Assembly: GCA_964016885.1 (NCBI GenBank)
Contig: OZ024747.1
Location: forward strand, 76,136,001-76,200,000
Length of the DNA stretch: 64,000 nt
Direction: 5' to 3'
DNA from: Eledone cirrhosa
Taxonomy: Eukaryota
Positions within the stretch are counted from its first letter, which is position 1. Each line of letters begins with the position of its first letter. Both the position numbers and the translations under genes were made by a program. The notes under the pieces were generated by a model. The model was not told where the DNA came from and did no database searches. It worked only from the letters and a program-made list of their open reading frames with translations. This document shows positions 27,861-41,085 of the stretch, piece after piece.

Positions 27861-28748
27861 TCATAATCTATAAAGCTCAGTGTGTGGTCTTGCTCCTTCG
27901 TTATAGGAATCTACGATATAGAATTTCTTCAATTGAAATTTACAATTCAGTATTCGAAATAGCTTCGATTGCGTCTTGACGCAGATAAATTTTTCAATTT
28001 CACCCACAATTACGCAAAAAATAGAGAAAACTCAATATTTTACGATTTTTCTCTCTCATTTAAACTGCTGAACTCTTTCAACTACCATTCAAAATCTATA
28101 CAACTTCATACTTTCTACTACTTTCTCTTTCCAAGCTTGATGGTGATACTGTCCGTTCACACCACTCCCTACTGTCTTAAATTTAGAAAACACATATCCT
28201 CTATCAGGTTACTAAACCTGCTAGAAACAGCAGCTAACTCTCCCCCATATCGCACCCCTCCCTGCTGTCTTAAATTTAGAAAACATATCTTCTATGAGGT
28301 CACTAAACCTGCTGAAAACAGCAGCTAACTCCCCCCCATATCACACCACTCCCTACTGTCTTAAATTTAGAAAACACATATCCTCTATGAGGTCACTAAA
28401 CCTGCTATAAACAACAGCTAACTCTCCCTCATATCACAACCCTCCCTACTGTCTTAAATTTAGAAAACACACAGACAACCATGCAGAACAACTCCATCGC
28501 AGCTCTGTTGTTCGGCTGGCATCGTCTACGCGCGTGTTGCTGTGAAACAATAAATTTCAACACTTTTTTGCACAGAGATAATATCCATAGGCGAAACTAC
28601 AATTGTCACTGCTGGCGCAGCTCATGCTTCCAGGTCTGCAATTAATTCACCCAGTGCCTGGCAGACAAAAAAGTGCTGCCATAAAATGGGTGGTGCAACC
28701 TAAATTTGGTAACTTAATGACCCCGAGCAACGCCGGGCTTTAATGCTA

Positions 28749-28749
<1 letters not shown>
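27861..28749 (+). mobile_element. Non-autonomous Helitron with an internal ~92-bp tandem repeat
   Basis: 5' A|TC(ATAATCTATAAAG). 3' GC hairpin CCCG-AGCAACGC-CGGG followed by CTAG|T at 28746-28750. About 3.4 copies of ...CTACTGTCTTAAATTTAGAAAACAC... lie at 28157-28471. Confidence 0.75.
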
Positions 28750-28796
<47 letters not shown>

Positions 28797-28892
28797 ATAA
28801 TAATAGTAATAATAATAAATTTGAAGACTAAAATCCAAAGAGGGCTCGATAAGGATAAATATATATCAAATATATAAGAACCGTAGAGCAAA

Positions 28893-29635
28893 TATTTATT
28901 AAAATAACAGATTAAAGTTTAAGCAAGGAATCGCTGCTTTCACCCTTAACGGGATCTTCTGAAACTAACAAAGTCAATCTGTAAACGCAGAACTGTATAT
29001 TTCAAAAAACGTTGCAACCGGAGGGAGACAGGAAGACGATACTTTGGTTGTTGGAAACGTTCGCTGGCAAAGAACGGGAAAAAACGAATATAATACGCCA
29101 TTAATAGGAGCGGTGAAAAACAATTACGCGCAAAGACAGAACCACGTTTATGGTATAATAGAGGGCGTAGACTAATGTTCTCTTAGGTGGTGCATAGAGA
29201 TTCATTCAGTCTCCTAGTTAGAATTTAGTCTACGACTTCTGCTATACCATTTACGTGGTTTTGTCTTTGCGTGCTATTGTTCTCCACGCTACACATATTA
29301 CGTATTATCTTCGTTTTTTTCGTTCATCGCCAGAGAACGTCTCTATGCACCACTTAAGAGAACATTAGTCTACGACCTATTTTATACCATAAACGTGGTT
29401 CTGTCTTTGCGCGTAATTGTTTTTCACCGCTCCTATTAATGACGTATTATATTCGTTTTTTCCCGTTCTTAGCCAGCGAACGTTTCCACGAACCAAAGTA
29501 TCGTCTTCCTGTCTTCCTCCGGTTGCAACGTTTTTTGAAATATCCAGTTCTGCGTTTACAGATTGACTTTGTTAGTTTCAGAAGATCCCGTTAAGGGTGA
29601 AAGCAGCGATTCTTTGCTTAAACTTTAATCTGTTA

Positions 29636-29641
<6 letters not shown>
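28893..29641. repeat. Inverted pair of a repeat family also present at 140-582, ending in (TA)n
   Basis: 28893-29200 is the reverse complement of ~29340-29641. 29201-29641 matches 140-582 at high identity and contains a diverged ~140-bp internal tandem duplication. Confidence 0.9.
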
Positions 29642-29724
<83 letters not shown>

Positions 29725-29728
<4 letters not shown>

Positions 29729-29920
29729 GTAGAACACTGGAAGGCAATATCCGTAGTGGTAGAGCACTCAGTATCTGGGACGAGTTAGGTAGAAGTGGTT
29801 ACACAACAGTTAGTTCGCCATACCGAGAACAATTGTTTCACCTTAGCGGATCCTCCTGAGGATCCGCTAAGGTGAAACAATTGTTCTCGGTATGGCGAAC
29901 TAACTGTTGTGTAACCACTT
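29725..29920. repeat. TA-flanked element with a perfect 128-bp palindrome (29793-29920); same family as 55842-56122
   Basis: Shared start AGTGGT(A/G)GAACACTGGAAGG. The palindrome centre is GATCCTC-CT-GAGGATC at the hammerhead core. Confidence 0.9.
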
Positions 29921-30573
29921 ATATATATAGGTTTATTATTGGTTGTGTCAAACGGTCCAATAACATTTTTGTTAGCCATATTAAGTTCTCCACGCTTTTG
30001 TATATCTCCAATTCCATTTATGGGAACAGCTAGATGATGTAAAACGGCGTATTTATATCAAAATAAAGATCCGAAGGCATGGTATAAATTTCCAATCATT
30101 TTAATCACGACACATGTTTCTATATATATATATATACACACATATATATATTTATATATATTTATATATATATATATATCCGTGTGCAAAATCTCGTGTA
30201 TTTTCGCTACGCTAACCAGACCTTAGATATTTTTCTAAGGTTGAGTTATTTTATTTTTATCTGGGTGCCTATTGATAAACACAGAAAAAGTTGATTAACT
30301 CACTGCTAATTAGTTAATTATTTTACTATTATACCATCCTTTGTGAAACATGTTTGAAGTTTGAAGTTCTGACCGATCTGCGGAAAAAGTTTGTATTTTG
30401 AATTTTAAACGTGTCTAGGTACCAAGGCTTTTTGCCCATATGAGTCTGTGAGTATTGATTTATTATTTTCTAGATCGTACAGGCAGACCTTATGTTGTTG
30501 AATTAAGATTTTTCACTCTAGCGATCTTATTAGTCAATTGCAACTATAACATGTAAATGTTCATCAAATATTA

Positions 30574-30608
<35 letters not shown>

Positions 30609-30780
30609 TATATATATATATACAGAGGGAGAGAAAGAGATTATTAGAAATTAAAGAATTTCTGCTTTCACATTATTTTTAAGGACAGTTTCTGACATGT
30701 ATATATGTGGACATTTGAAGATCAAATAATAGTAATAATCAATCTTAAAAAAATATTGAAATGAAGTTAGTTACAGAATA

Positions 30781-30993
30781 CGAGGGTAGACTGAAATATT
30801 CATAGGATTACTTTGAAGGTTTTATGCTAGAATTGTGAAATCTTGCATGCATTACATTCAACACTTCTTATTAATAAATGCATTGTTCCATTCCAGGGAT
30901 TATGTTGAAAAATGAACTTCATTTAGTCATTCCATGAGAGTGCCTTGGTCAGCTTATGACTCTCTCAGTCCATGAACGTTTTAGCAGACCCTT
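30781..30993. mobile_element. Mariner-like MITE (decayed relatives at ~5925-6106 and ~20067-20258)
   Basis: TA|CGAGGGTAGACTGAAATATTCAT ... ATGAACGTTTTAGCAGACCCTTA|TA imperfect TIRs. Shared internal GAAATCTTGCATGCATTA...TTATTAATAAATGCATTG. Confidence 0.65.
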
Positions 30994-30999
30994 ATACAC

Positions 31000-31720
31000 A
31001 GAATACAATTTATATCTGCAATTTATATACTGCATGGAAACAACAAGAAAATCCCAAATTTTAGAATGAGGAGATAAAAGTATAATACAAGTTATAAATA
31101 CGACAAAAGAGGTACAACATAATTTTGAAAAAATACAAGGAAATACGACTAATAATCGCAGAAAGAAAGATACAGCCTATTAAACAAGCTTGTATATTTA
31201 AGCACAATGGTGTATACCAAAATAAATCTGCCATGGATGAAGATATTCACCACCTGAAAATAGAAACGGAACAATACAGATTATACTCATGGTAAACCGC
31301 TGTCTGACACCACACAAAGTAACAAAATAGTAACTTATATAAACAACAAAAACATGAAATGATGTAATTTATTGACTGATATTAATATTTTATATATAAA
31401 TAAAAACAATAATGTGCAGAATGCTCCCTAGAGTTGACTGAGTGCCAAATGTCTGGAAGAATATAATATATAGGCACTTATAATAAGTTTCAACAGAATG
31501 CTGGACCAATACTGAATACCTTCTTGACTTAAACTAAAAGAAAAAAAAATACACCAGTCTATAGAAATACATACAAATCAGATGCCTATCAATAGCATAT
31601 AAACCAGTGAATTTCACCTCTCTGACATAAATTATATATGTCTAGGAAGATACAATAGCTTCCTATAAAGACAGCATTGATGTTATACAGGGATACAAAA
31701 CAGTTTTAGAAGACAGCAGA
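31000..31720 (+). pseudogene. Decayed non-LTR RT remnant (R4/Dong- or RTE-like)
   Basis: A-rich broken frames with relics resembling IF..EQKG, KCLE.Y and QGD.ISPL. Confidence 0.3.
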
Positions 31721-32948
31721 ACAACAACAAAATAATAGTGATATTAATAATAAAATAAGCATGAACACTTGCAACAATAAAAAAAATCTCCGTTGAGTGT
31801 TGCAGTTATTAGAATAACATTAAATAAATAAAGAAATAAAGAAATAAAAACTAAATAAATAGGTAAATATACAATAATAAATAAATAGATGGATGAATAA
31901 ATAGATGGATGAATAAATAGATGGATGAATAAATAGATAAATAGATACATAAGCAAGTAAATAAATAATAAATAATACTTTAATATTAAGTAGTTATGTC
32001 AAAATTGCTGAGGTGGAAAACAGACTTAATATTAGGAAAATATAAAAAAAAAACTAACAACATAGCCTTAAAAAGGTATGAACGGAAATCAGAATAAAGT
32101 TAGAATATGTAAATAATGATCACCATTATAGACACATTACTTTAAATTAAGAAAAAAATGCAGACGATAATGTCGACCTCAGTAGTCAAAGGGTCCTTAT
32201 TTTTAGTTGCAATTAAATACTGTGCGGCTTTATTTATCAAATGCTCTGATATATCTGCCAGACCTCCAATCCACGACGCAAAATTTGAAATAACCATAAT
32301 AGCAAAATTAGTGCTTTCTTTGTTTGGCTATAAAGGGGTAACATATAGAAATCATTACAGATTATACAAGAGGGCCGCATAGGAGAATAAAAAATGGATT
32401 TTTGTGTGTAAAACAGGGAGTAACAGAACACTAACAAACAGGTAAAATAATTGAAACAAAAGAAATTCTCCAGTAAAGCCCGTCTCATTGGAATGAAGAA
32501 ATATCCCTTAAAATAATTCAATTTTGAAATCAAAAACCATTGTAACAAGGAGTTCTGTAAACGCTCGTCATCACAGTAAACAACAATAGCAATTGTAATT
32601 CTTCTAATTCTTCTTTTATTGTTCACAAAAGTTTAAGACTACTGGGTATAGATCATGGATGAATCACCCCCCCCCCCCCCACAATAAAAAAGGTGAAATC
32701 AATATGGTAATAATATTAATACCAAAACTAAGTTAGGTACTTGACGACATGTTTTGTCAAAATTGACCCCGGCAAGATGAAAAGTTTGAACGTCGATAAA
32801 CACAACTGATTCAGCCAGTCTATTGTCCTAAAGACCACGGTGCTGATAATGCTGCTGAGGAGAAGTGGAAGAAAGGGCTGCCTGAGAAGAGGAGATTGTG
32901 GTGAAAGTTTAGACAGGAGGATATAGAGGAGGAGATAGAGGAGGACTA

Positions 32949-33971
32949 AATGTGCTCCAATATACTCCAGTGAGTTCCAATATACTCCAGTATGCTCCAA
33001 TGTGCTCCAATATACTCCAATGTGCTCCAATTACTCCAATGTGCTCCAATATACTCCAGTGTGCTCCAATATACTCCAGTGTGCTCCAATATACTCCAAT
33101 GTGCTCCAATTACTCCAATGAGCTCCAATATACTCCAGTGTGCTCCAATATACTCCAGTGTGCTCCAATATACTCCAATGTGCTCCAATATACTCCAATT
33201 ACTCCAGTGTGCTCCAATATACTCCAGTGTGCTCCAATATACTCCAATGTGCTCCAATTACTCCAATGTGCTCCAATATACTCCAGTGTGCTCCAATATA
33301 CTCCAGTGTGCTCCAATTACTCCAATGTGCTCCAATATACTCCAATATACTCCAATTACTCCAATGTGCTCCAATATACTCCAGTGTGCTCCAATATACT
33401 CCAGTGTGCTCCAATATACTCCAGTGTGCTCCAATATACTCCAGTGTGCTCCAATATACTCCAATGTGCTCCAATTACTCCAATGTGCTCCAATATACTC
33501 CAGTATGCTCCAATATACTCCAGTGTGTTCCAATATACTCCAATTACTCCAATATACTCCAATTACTCCAGTGTGCTCCAATATACTCCAATGTGCTCCA
33601 ATATACTCCAGTATGCTCCAATATACTCCAGTATGCTCCAATATACTCCAGTATGCTCCAATATACTCCAGTGTGCTCCAATATACTCCAGTGTGCTCCA
33701 ATATACTCCAGTATGCTCCAATATACTCCAGTGTGCTCCAATATACTCCAATGTGCTCCAATATACTCCAATGTGCTCCAATTACTCCAATGTGCTCCAA
33801 TATACTCCTGTATGCTCCAATATACTCCAGTGTGCTCCAATATACTCCAGTGTGCTCCAATATACTCCAGTGTGCTCCAATTACTCCAGTATGCTCCAAT
33901 ATACTCCTGTATGCTCCAATATACTCCAGTGTGCTCCAATATACTCCAGTGTGCTCCAATATACTCCAATA
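32949..33971. repeat. ~1-kb minisatellite of 9-10-bp CTCCA-core variants
   Basis: Alternating CTCCAATATA / CTCCAGTGTG / CTCCAATGTG / CTCCAGTATG / CTCCAATTA units with a dominant 20-bp dimer. Confidence 0.97.
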
Positions 33972-34388
33972 TGTAGTGAAAACTCACGATACAAATAAGA
34001 TAATACATAATAATATAAGAAAATAATTAATGGTATCTGCTTTCGGCTGATCACAACAATATTTGGTCACGTCGAAACGAAATACAGCTAATAACATACC
34101 ATTAGATTCGTTTCATTAGGTTGAATTGTGAAGACAGTATTGAAAGTTGTCGGGTTCAGTTTTTGCCTATAGCATTCACAAGGTAAGTGATGGAAAATAG
34201 TTTCGGCACGGAATGCAAATCGTGACGCTGATTCATTTAGGAGATACCTGTATGTCACTTATCAGATTCTTCAGCCTCGTTAATTATTTTAATCCGGTTG
34301 TACACCTCTGGCGTGATACTGAAATTTAAGCATGATTGAAAACCTGCCTATCGCATATACATCTATATACATCTATATACATAGTATT

Positions 34389-34444
<56 letters not shown>

Positions 34445-34483
34445 TAGATAGATATATATAGATATTAGGTATTAAATTAACAC

Positions 34484-34546
<63 letters not shown>

Positions 34547-35089
34547 TGTGTGTGCGTGTGTGTGTGTGTGTGTGCGTGTGCGTGTATATTTCTGTATGTA
34601 TATATATATGCAGATTGTCCCCAAAAATGTATTCATATATTTAATAGAATGATGTTGAAGTATGTATACATTTTTGGAGGACACCCAAAAGAGTGTGTTA
34701 TCCAGAAATAGTTTGGACATCTTGTCAGGAAAGTAACAAGTCTCTTCTTATATAGAGTCACCTCTGATACTTCAGGAATGTCTCACTTTCTCCCCGTCTC
34801 ACTTTCTGTCTGTACATATCTATCTATATATACATACATACACATGCACACACAGAACCAGATACACACAGATGCACACAATACTTATGTCGATAGTGGT
34901 GTCTTAAACAATATACTCAATCGCGCTGAAAAAATTCTAAACCGTTTAAACATTTCCTTGTAGTTATAGAAAGGGATTCTCGCCATAATATTTAGTGTCA
35001 TTCAAAGAAGATGGGAGTTCATTTCTAGCAAATATTTCCACAAAAAATAAATATTCATGCTTGTATATACCTACATAGATATATATACC

Positions 35090-35321
35090 AGACGCGACAA
35101 AGACTCTTTTGAAGAGAAGAGGCGGGCAGAGGTCACTGAGGCCCGTGAAAGGAGGAGAAAGGCATCAACAGCTTCCCCAAGCGATTCCGGTCTTTTCCCC
35201 TGCCCCCACTGTCCCCGGACCTGCAAGTCAAGGATCGGCCTCCACAGCCACCTTCGTGCCCACGGCAGACTGGAACTAAAATAAAGAAGACGTCATCATG
35301 GTTTACGATGGACAACCAAGA
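35090..35321 (+). mobile_element. RTE-clade LINE 3' end with C2H2-type finger, (TA)n tail
   Basis: GC-rich insert encoding ...FEEKRRAE...RERRRKA...FPCPHCPRTCKSRIGLHSHLRAH*, then a short 3' UTR (GTCATC...CGATGGAC) and (TA)n. Confidence 0.8.
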
Positions 35322-35405
35322 TATATATATATATATATATATCTGAAGTAATTCCGTCGGAAAAGTCCAGGTAAAAAGAGTGCTCTATGTAGGTAACAGA
35401 GCTTA

Positions 35406-35609
35406 ATAGTTATGTAATAAACAACATAATGCAATTATTCCATATACCAGTGGTTTCTTAAAAGCAAAAAATTTTGCTTTCAATCCTCAGAAGGAAAAAA
35501 TCCTGGGACTAGGATTTTTTCATTCTGAGGATTGAAAGCAAATTTTTTTGCTTTTAAGAAACCACTGGTATATGGAATAATTGCATTATGTTGTTTATTA
35601 CATAACTAT
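35406..35609. repeat. ~204-bp fold-back palindrome inside a TA-flanked element (35341-35610); family also at 2600-2685
   Basis: ATAGTTATGTAATAAACAAC... / ...GTTGTTTATTACATAACTAT, centre ATCCT-GGGACT-AGGAT. Confidence 0.9.
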
Positions 35610-35631
35610 ATATATATATATTTATATATGA

Positions 35632-35748
35632 AGGCGTGTAACTGAGTGGTTAGAGAATTGGATTCACAATGTTAAGGTTGTGAGTTCGATTCCTGGACCG
35701 GGCGATGCGTTATGTCCTTGGGCAAGACACTTTATTTCACGTTGCTCC
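35632..35748 (+). mobile_element. 5' head of a second tRNA-derived SINE family
   Basis: GGCGTGTAACTGAGTGGTTAGAG (A box), GTGAGTTCGATTCC (B box), then TGTCCTTGGGCAAGACACTTT. Confidence 0.75.
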
Positions 35749-35901
35749 TTCTACCTGGAGTTGCGACCGATAGATAGTACTAGCAACTGGAAAGACCAAC
35801 GGAAACATTGTTTCCTCGGTCCGATTTGACGAAAGTCGATCGATCCTTTAATATATATATATATATATATATTGTTATACTTTGGGAGGGTCATGTTGCC
35901 A

Positions 35902-35936
<35 letters not shown>

Positions 35937-36032
35937 ATTACCTAAATACATAGAACACTCTTCTTTCCTTTACCTTTTCTACAGAAGTACTTAGCATCTA
36001 TATCTCTATCTATCTCTCTATCTCTCTGGCTC

Positions 36033-36071
<39 letters not shown>

Positions 36072-36080
36072 CTCTCTCTC

Positions 36081-36139
<59 letters not shown>

Positions 36140-36410
36140 ATGTTACTAGAATTGCTTGTAGTAAGAAGCTACGAATGCTCAAAAGTTACCTAGTTAAATA
36201 TAGCATTCATAAAACTCTACGAACCGTGTTAGTCCAGGGACAGGTGAGCAGTAGATCGTACCATATATATTCTGTACACGCTGAATGTATTCCTCCTTAA
36301 GGATGGCGCACAATATCTTAATATTAATGAATGAGGAAGTGGTTAATTATCATACTCCAGCAGACAATCCTACCAGCATTCATCTATACTTCACAACCAC
36401 AATTTTCACA

Positions 36411-36489
<79 letters not shown>

Positions 36490-36513
36490 GTGTGCGTGTG
36501 TGTATGTATACAC

Positions 36514-36555
<42 letters not shown>

Positions 36556-36615
36556 GTGTATATGTATGTGTGGGTGAATGTGAATATGCGCTTGCACTGA
36601 ATGATTATGCGCATG

Positions 36616-36649
<34 letters not shown>

Positions 36650-37948
36650 TGTGTGATACAGCACTTAATATTCGTGAAACGACTATGGATTTTGTAATTA
36701 GTGCCTTAATAGTTCTGTATATCCAACGATAAATTATCAATGAGTACGATTTATATGACACGCCCTTTGTTAACAATGGAGGGAAACAATGTAAGATAAT
36801 GCCCTATGTTATATATTTTCCCTCTCAGACAGACGACCATTATCTCGGATATTAGAACACCTCTGAACTTTCAACTAAACACTGATGCATTTTCTGAAGT
36901 CACTTCCTTCACACAATCGATTGATTATCAGTGAAATACAGTCTAACAAATTATATCAATTCAATTCAGAAGCGAATACAGCTTCTCTCTTTTCTTTAGA
37001 GTAGACAGATATTCAATTTAATCTAGCTATATTGAAATGCATCGGAGTTTACATCCTAGCAATTCAGCCATCAATGTATTTCATAACGTGTAAATGCATT
37101 CATCTTGAATATACTTTTGCAATGATTAATTTTATGTCTCTAGTGACGAGCTCTATGGAATGAACAGCTGCTGTCGTTAGTGAATATGGATTTGAAACGA
37201 CGCGTTGAACATTTCACTACATTTCTAATAAACTTTAATATTTCAATCTCTGCCATCCTGAATATCATTGAAATAGAATCTTAAACTTCGCTACAGAGCT
37301 ACGCCATGAAACCTGGTGAGGAATTGTCAGAAATCTCCTAATCCAAACAGATGAAGAAATATTGTAACCCTACCATCCTCAATCGACATTATCGAACTGT
37401 GAAATGGTATATATTTGATTGTTATGGACGAGAGGAGATGGCCTAGCTGCCATATTACATGATACCAATAACCAATTAAAGGCTTCTCTGCCCATCTTGT
37501 GCTTTTTCTAGTCTTTCTTTTCTGATGAAATGTGTGGGCACATAGAAGTGGTCGGAAGAGACAGGGTTTCTTCGTTATATATATACATATATATAGAGAG
37601 AAAGAGTGAGAGAGGCGGGAGGGAGATAGAGAGATAGATAGATAGAGAAAGAGAGAGAGGTACACAAATACGTATATCATTACTTACCACCCTCCATACA
37701 TATATAACATTTAACCCTTTAGCTTGCTGTGATAGAATATTTCTATATAGTTGTTGTTGTCAGGTCCCTTTTGATTTTCGAGGGATAATATTTTACATTG
37801 TATAATTATTTCTACACTTTAACGAAATGAAAAAATTCCGCTTCATAATTTTTTTTTCTGCAGTGGAATATTTTGATATGTTTATTATTCCCAAAAGAGG
37901 AATATGTTTTTATATTTCATACGTAATATAACACACACACACACACAT

Positions 37949-37981
<33 letters not shown>

Positions 37982-38097
37982 CATATATTTATATATATAT
38001 GTGTGTGTGTGTACATGTGTTTATATATATATATACATATATATGCATATATGTATAAATATATTAATATATTCACACACACATACATACATACATG

Positions 38098-38141
<44 letters not shown>

Positions 38142-38142
38142 A

Positions 38143-38178
<36 letters not shown>

Positions 38179-39316
38179 AATTGAAAAAATAGCCATATTT
38201 TAATGTAGCCCAGAATATAATTTCACATTATTTTATTGCTGGAATGAATAAAACTAAACTTTTCACTTTTTAGTAATGCTGTATTCTGTTAAGAGAGATA
38301 AGTTTGAAACGACTTTATAGATAATTTATAGTCATTTGATAACCTCAAAACATCTACGTTGGATATTTGCTGTATTACTTGACAATTATCTTTAACGTCT
38401 GTGAAAAATATTTCCTGCAGACTATAACATTAGACATTGAAACATCGATCAGTTTTACGAGACATTATACTTTCAAGAAATGTAACATATTTTCTTTTAT
38501 ATTTAACTGTTAAGTTGTATAAGATGGTAGTTCTAAGCCGTGAAACTATACTTGCAATTCACTTGGACTTATGGCGATCCTAGTGTGCCTGCTGTTTTAG
38601 GAATTTTTGATTAATCGGTTATAATGTGATGTTTGGATGTTGTACATACGGCAGACTTTGATAACAAAGTAGTCTTAGGCGAATTATTGATTTTATTTTC
38701 GAATTTAACCACTCTTTTCAGGTACTTTAATGTAAATAATAATCTGTTAAATATACTGTAAATATGATATTATTCACTTAATTATTTAGACGGTCAATGA
38801 CCAAAATGTATGTCTGAATCCTACATCAAACTGAAGCTATTGTAAAAGACACTTGCTTTAGATATAGCAACGGATCTATATATTGACAAATTGAAATCAT
38901 TAACCACATGACCATGCGGGTATTCAAGCTAAGGACGTTAGTAAGATTGATGTTAGATATTTATTCAAATTTATTGCCCGCCTCTGTTAAAGGAGAAAGC
39001 GGTCAACAGGTAATGAAGTGGTTGAAGAAATAAATGTAAGTAATATTTGGTTTAATGTTAGTCTTAACCTCAGATGAGCCCTAACGGGGAAAAGCTATAA
39101 TCAAATGGATTCCATCCATAATCATCCCGAGTAGATTTCAGCCATAATTTAACTACGCAAGCACAAGATAAGATATTGTTACTTTCCGTTGCGTAGATGA
39201 TAAGGTTTGATTTAACGGGTATTTGATAATTTCAACAGGAAGCCACTGAAATCACAGAATTCTATCGTTAAGTTAAATTACGGTGAAATTTATTTTCAGA
39301 AATAGTGTCTACAGAC

Positions 39317-39418
<102 letters not shown>

Positions 39419-39512
39419 GGGGGAAAAGCGAGAGAGATAGAGTGGTAGAGAAAGTGAAAGTGAGAGAGAGAGAGTGACAGTTCCACAACAAATTAGCATA
39501 TGTAGATAGATA

Positions 39513-40812
39513 TGTTTCTTTTATTTGCCACTAGGGCATCAAAAGTGGGACAAGTACAAAGAGGGGAGTTTACACAAAAAGGCGTCCTCAATAAGGAGGA
39601 GGCAATAACAAAACATAAAAATAAAATAAGATATAACAAAAAATAAAATTTATAACAAAATCCTCAATAGAGAGGAGGCGCCTTGGGGGGTCGCACACAC
39701 CCCCGAAAAAAGTGTGCAACCCTTCTCCTCAGGAGCACAGAGAAGGGGTGCTCCCTTGGTCTTTCATCTTCTTCACCTATAGTCTGATGTAGAGTGAAGG
39801 CCCATTCACACGGGCCATTCTCGCCACTTTCACCCATCTTTCATAGAAACGGCTGGGGTGCAGCACCTCTCTCTCCATCCTGATCCTTCTTCCGAAATGA
39901 TATCGGAAGAAACGGACCAGTTGTTGGCCAGAGAGAAAGGTGCCTGACCTCAGTCCTTTCAGACGCGTCCACCATACAACCTCTTTCGCCATGGCTATTA
40001 CGCACAGAAACACCGCCTCTGCTTCATCTTTGAAGGGGGGAGGCGGCTTGATCATTACAATAGACTCGGTGGTCAACCGGATCGGTCCCACCCTTGACAG
40101 CAGTTGTTCGACATAGCCCCACAGATCGGCTACGCCCGAGCAGTGTACCAATGCGTGTGCAACGGTTTCCTCGTCGCACACGCATCTGGGACAGATCTTT
40201 TTGGCGGGGTCCCTACCCGGGCGCCCGTGTCTGTAGAGCCTTTCTCGAACGGGTAAAGCCCCTCGGTAGCACTGCCAGGCCAGGGACTTCTGGAAGTTGT
40301 CCATAGGTCCCGGGCTGAATGTCCTACCGAACAGGCTGGCCAGTTCATCCTCCTCCATGTCTAGGGCTTCTCCGAGGGCGTCGTCGCACCTGCTGCGTAC
40401 CAGCCCTCTATAGAATGTTGCGGTGGAGTCTCCACTGATAACCGGATCCGCCTGCCAGAGGGCGGTGAGCGCCTGGGCACACTCAGTGTGCCAGGCGCCC
40501 AGTTTTCTCGGTCTTTGCTTGACCCAGGATTGCAGCTCGGTGAGTGAGACGAGTCTGGGAAAGGTTCGTCTCACAAACGAGGCCCACACCGGTTGTCCGG
40601 TGAGGAATACGTAGAGATGCCGTAGCCTTAATGCGTGTTTACGCATCATTAGCCACGGCATCCCCAGCCCTCCTTTCGAAGGGTGTTGACAGCAGATGGA
40701 TCTCCTCACCATAGGAGCCCGCCTCTTCCAAAGGAATTGGAAGAGCGCGCGCTCCATCTTGGTGAGGGTTTCCCTTGGGCAGGGCACTACGGTCAGGCGG
40801 TAGTAGATGACG
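39513..40812 (-). mobile_element. 5'-truncated second Tx1 copy (diverged subfamily): ORF2 C-terminus + 3' UTR
   Basis: The ORF from ~40812 to 39777 aligns to the C-terminal part of the upstream copy (YYRLTVVPCP...CPRC...RVNGPSLY). It has a similar 3' UTR with AATAAA and is bounded by GATA repeats on both sides. Confidence 0.92.
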
Positions 40813-40871
<59 letters not shown>

Positions 40872-41085
40872 TTCTTTATTTACCATAAAGGCATAAAAAG
40901 AAGGGACAAATACAAAGGGGGAGTTTACATATAATCGAGTAAAAAGGGTGTAACATGAAAATAATCGAAAATAACCTCAAAAGGGAGGGGACGTGATGGG
41001 GGTTGCACACACCCCCGAAAAAGTGTGCAATCCTTTGCCCGGGGAGCACATGGAGAAGGTGCTCCCCTCTCCTTTACTTCTTTAC

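Noticed and set aside
32730-32945. GC-richer stretch upstream of the minisatellite as a host exon
   Set aside because: All + strand frames have stops and there is no recognisable domain or convincing splice pair.
32949-33971. CRISPR-like repeat/spacer appearance
   Set aside because: The core is 5 bp with 4-5-bp recurring spacers, the context is eukaryotic, and there are no cas genes.
32909-34026. Long ORFs (up to 348 aa) in several frames
   Set aside because: They are translations of the CTCCA minisatellite, open on both strands because the units lack stop codons.
35057-35284. C2H2 zinc-finger host gene exon
   Set aside because: A single finger followed by a stop, a short structured UTR and a (TA)n tail is typical of an RTE LINE 3' end. 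The similar relic at ~6315-6365 is treated the same way.
35632-35700. tRNA gene
   Set aside because: A and B boxes are present, but there is no proper acceptor stem and it continues into a SINE body.
39066-39100. CAGATGA-GCCC-TAAC-GGGG-AAAAG resembling an HHR
   Set aside because: Core mismatches, and no stem I or stem III with an NUH triplet. It appears to be part of another decayed interspersed repeat.
39777-40886. 369-aa ORF as an independent gene
   Set aside because: Its N-terminus is read from the upstream LINE 3' end and the (TCTA)n repeat. The rest is a truncated Tx1 ORF2.
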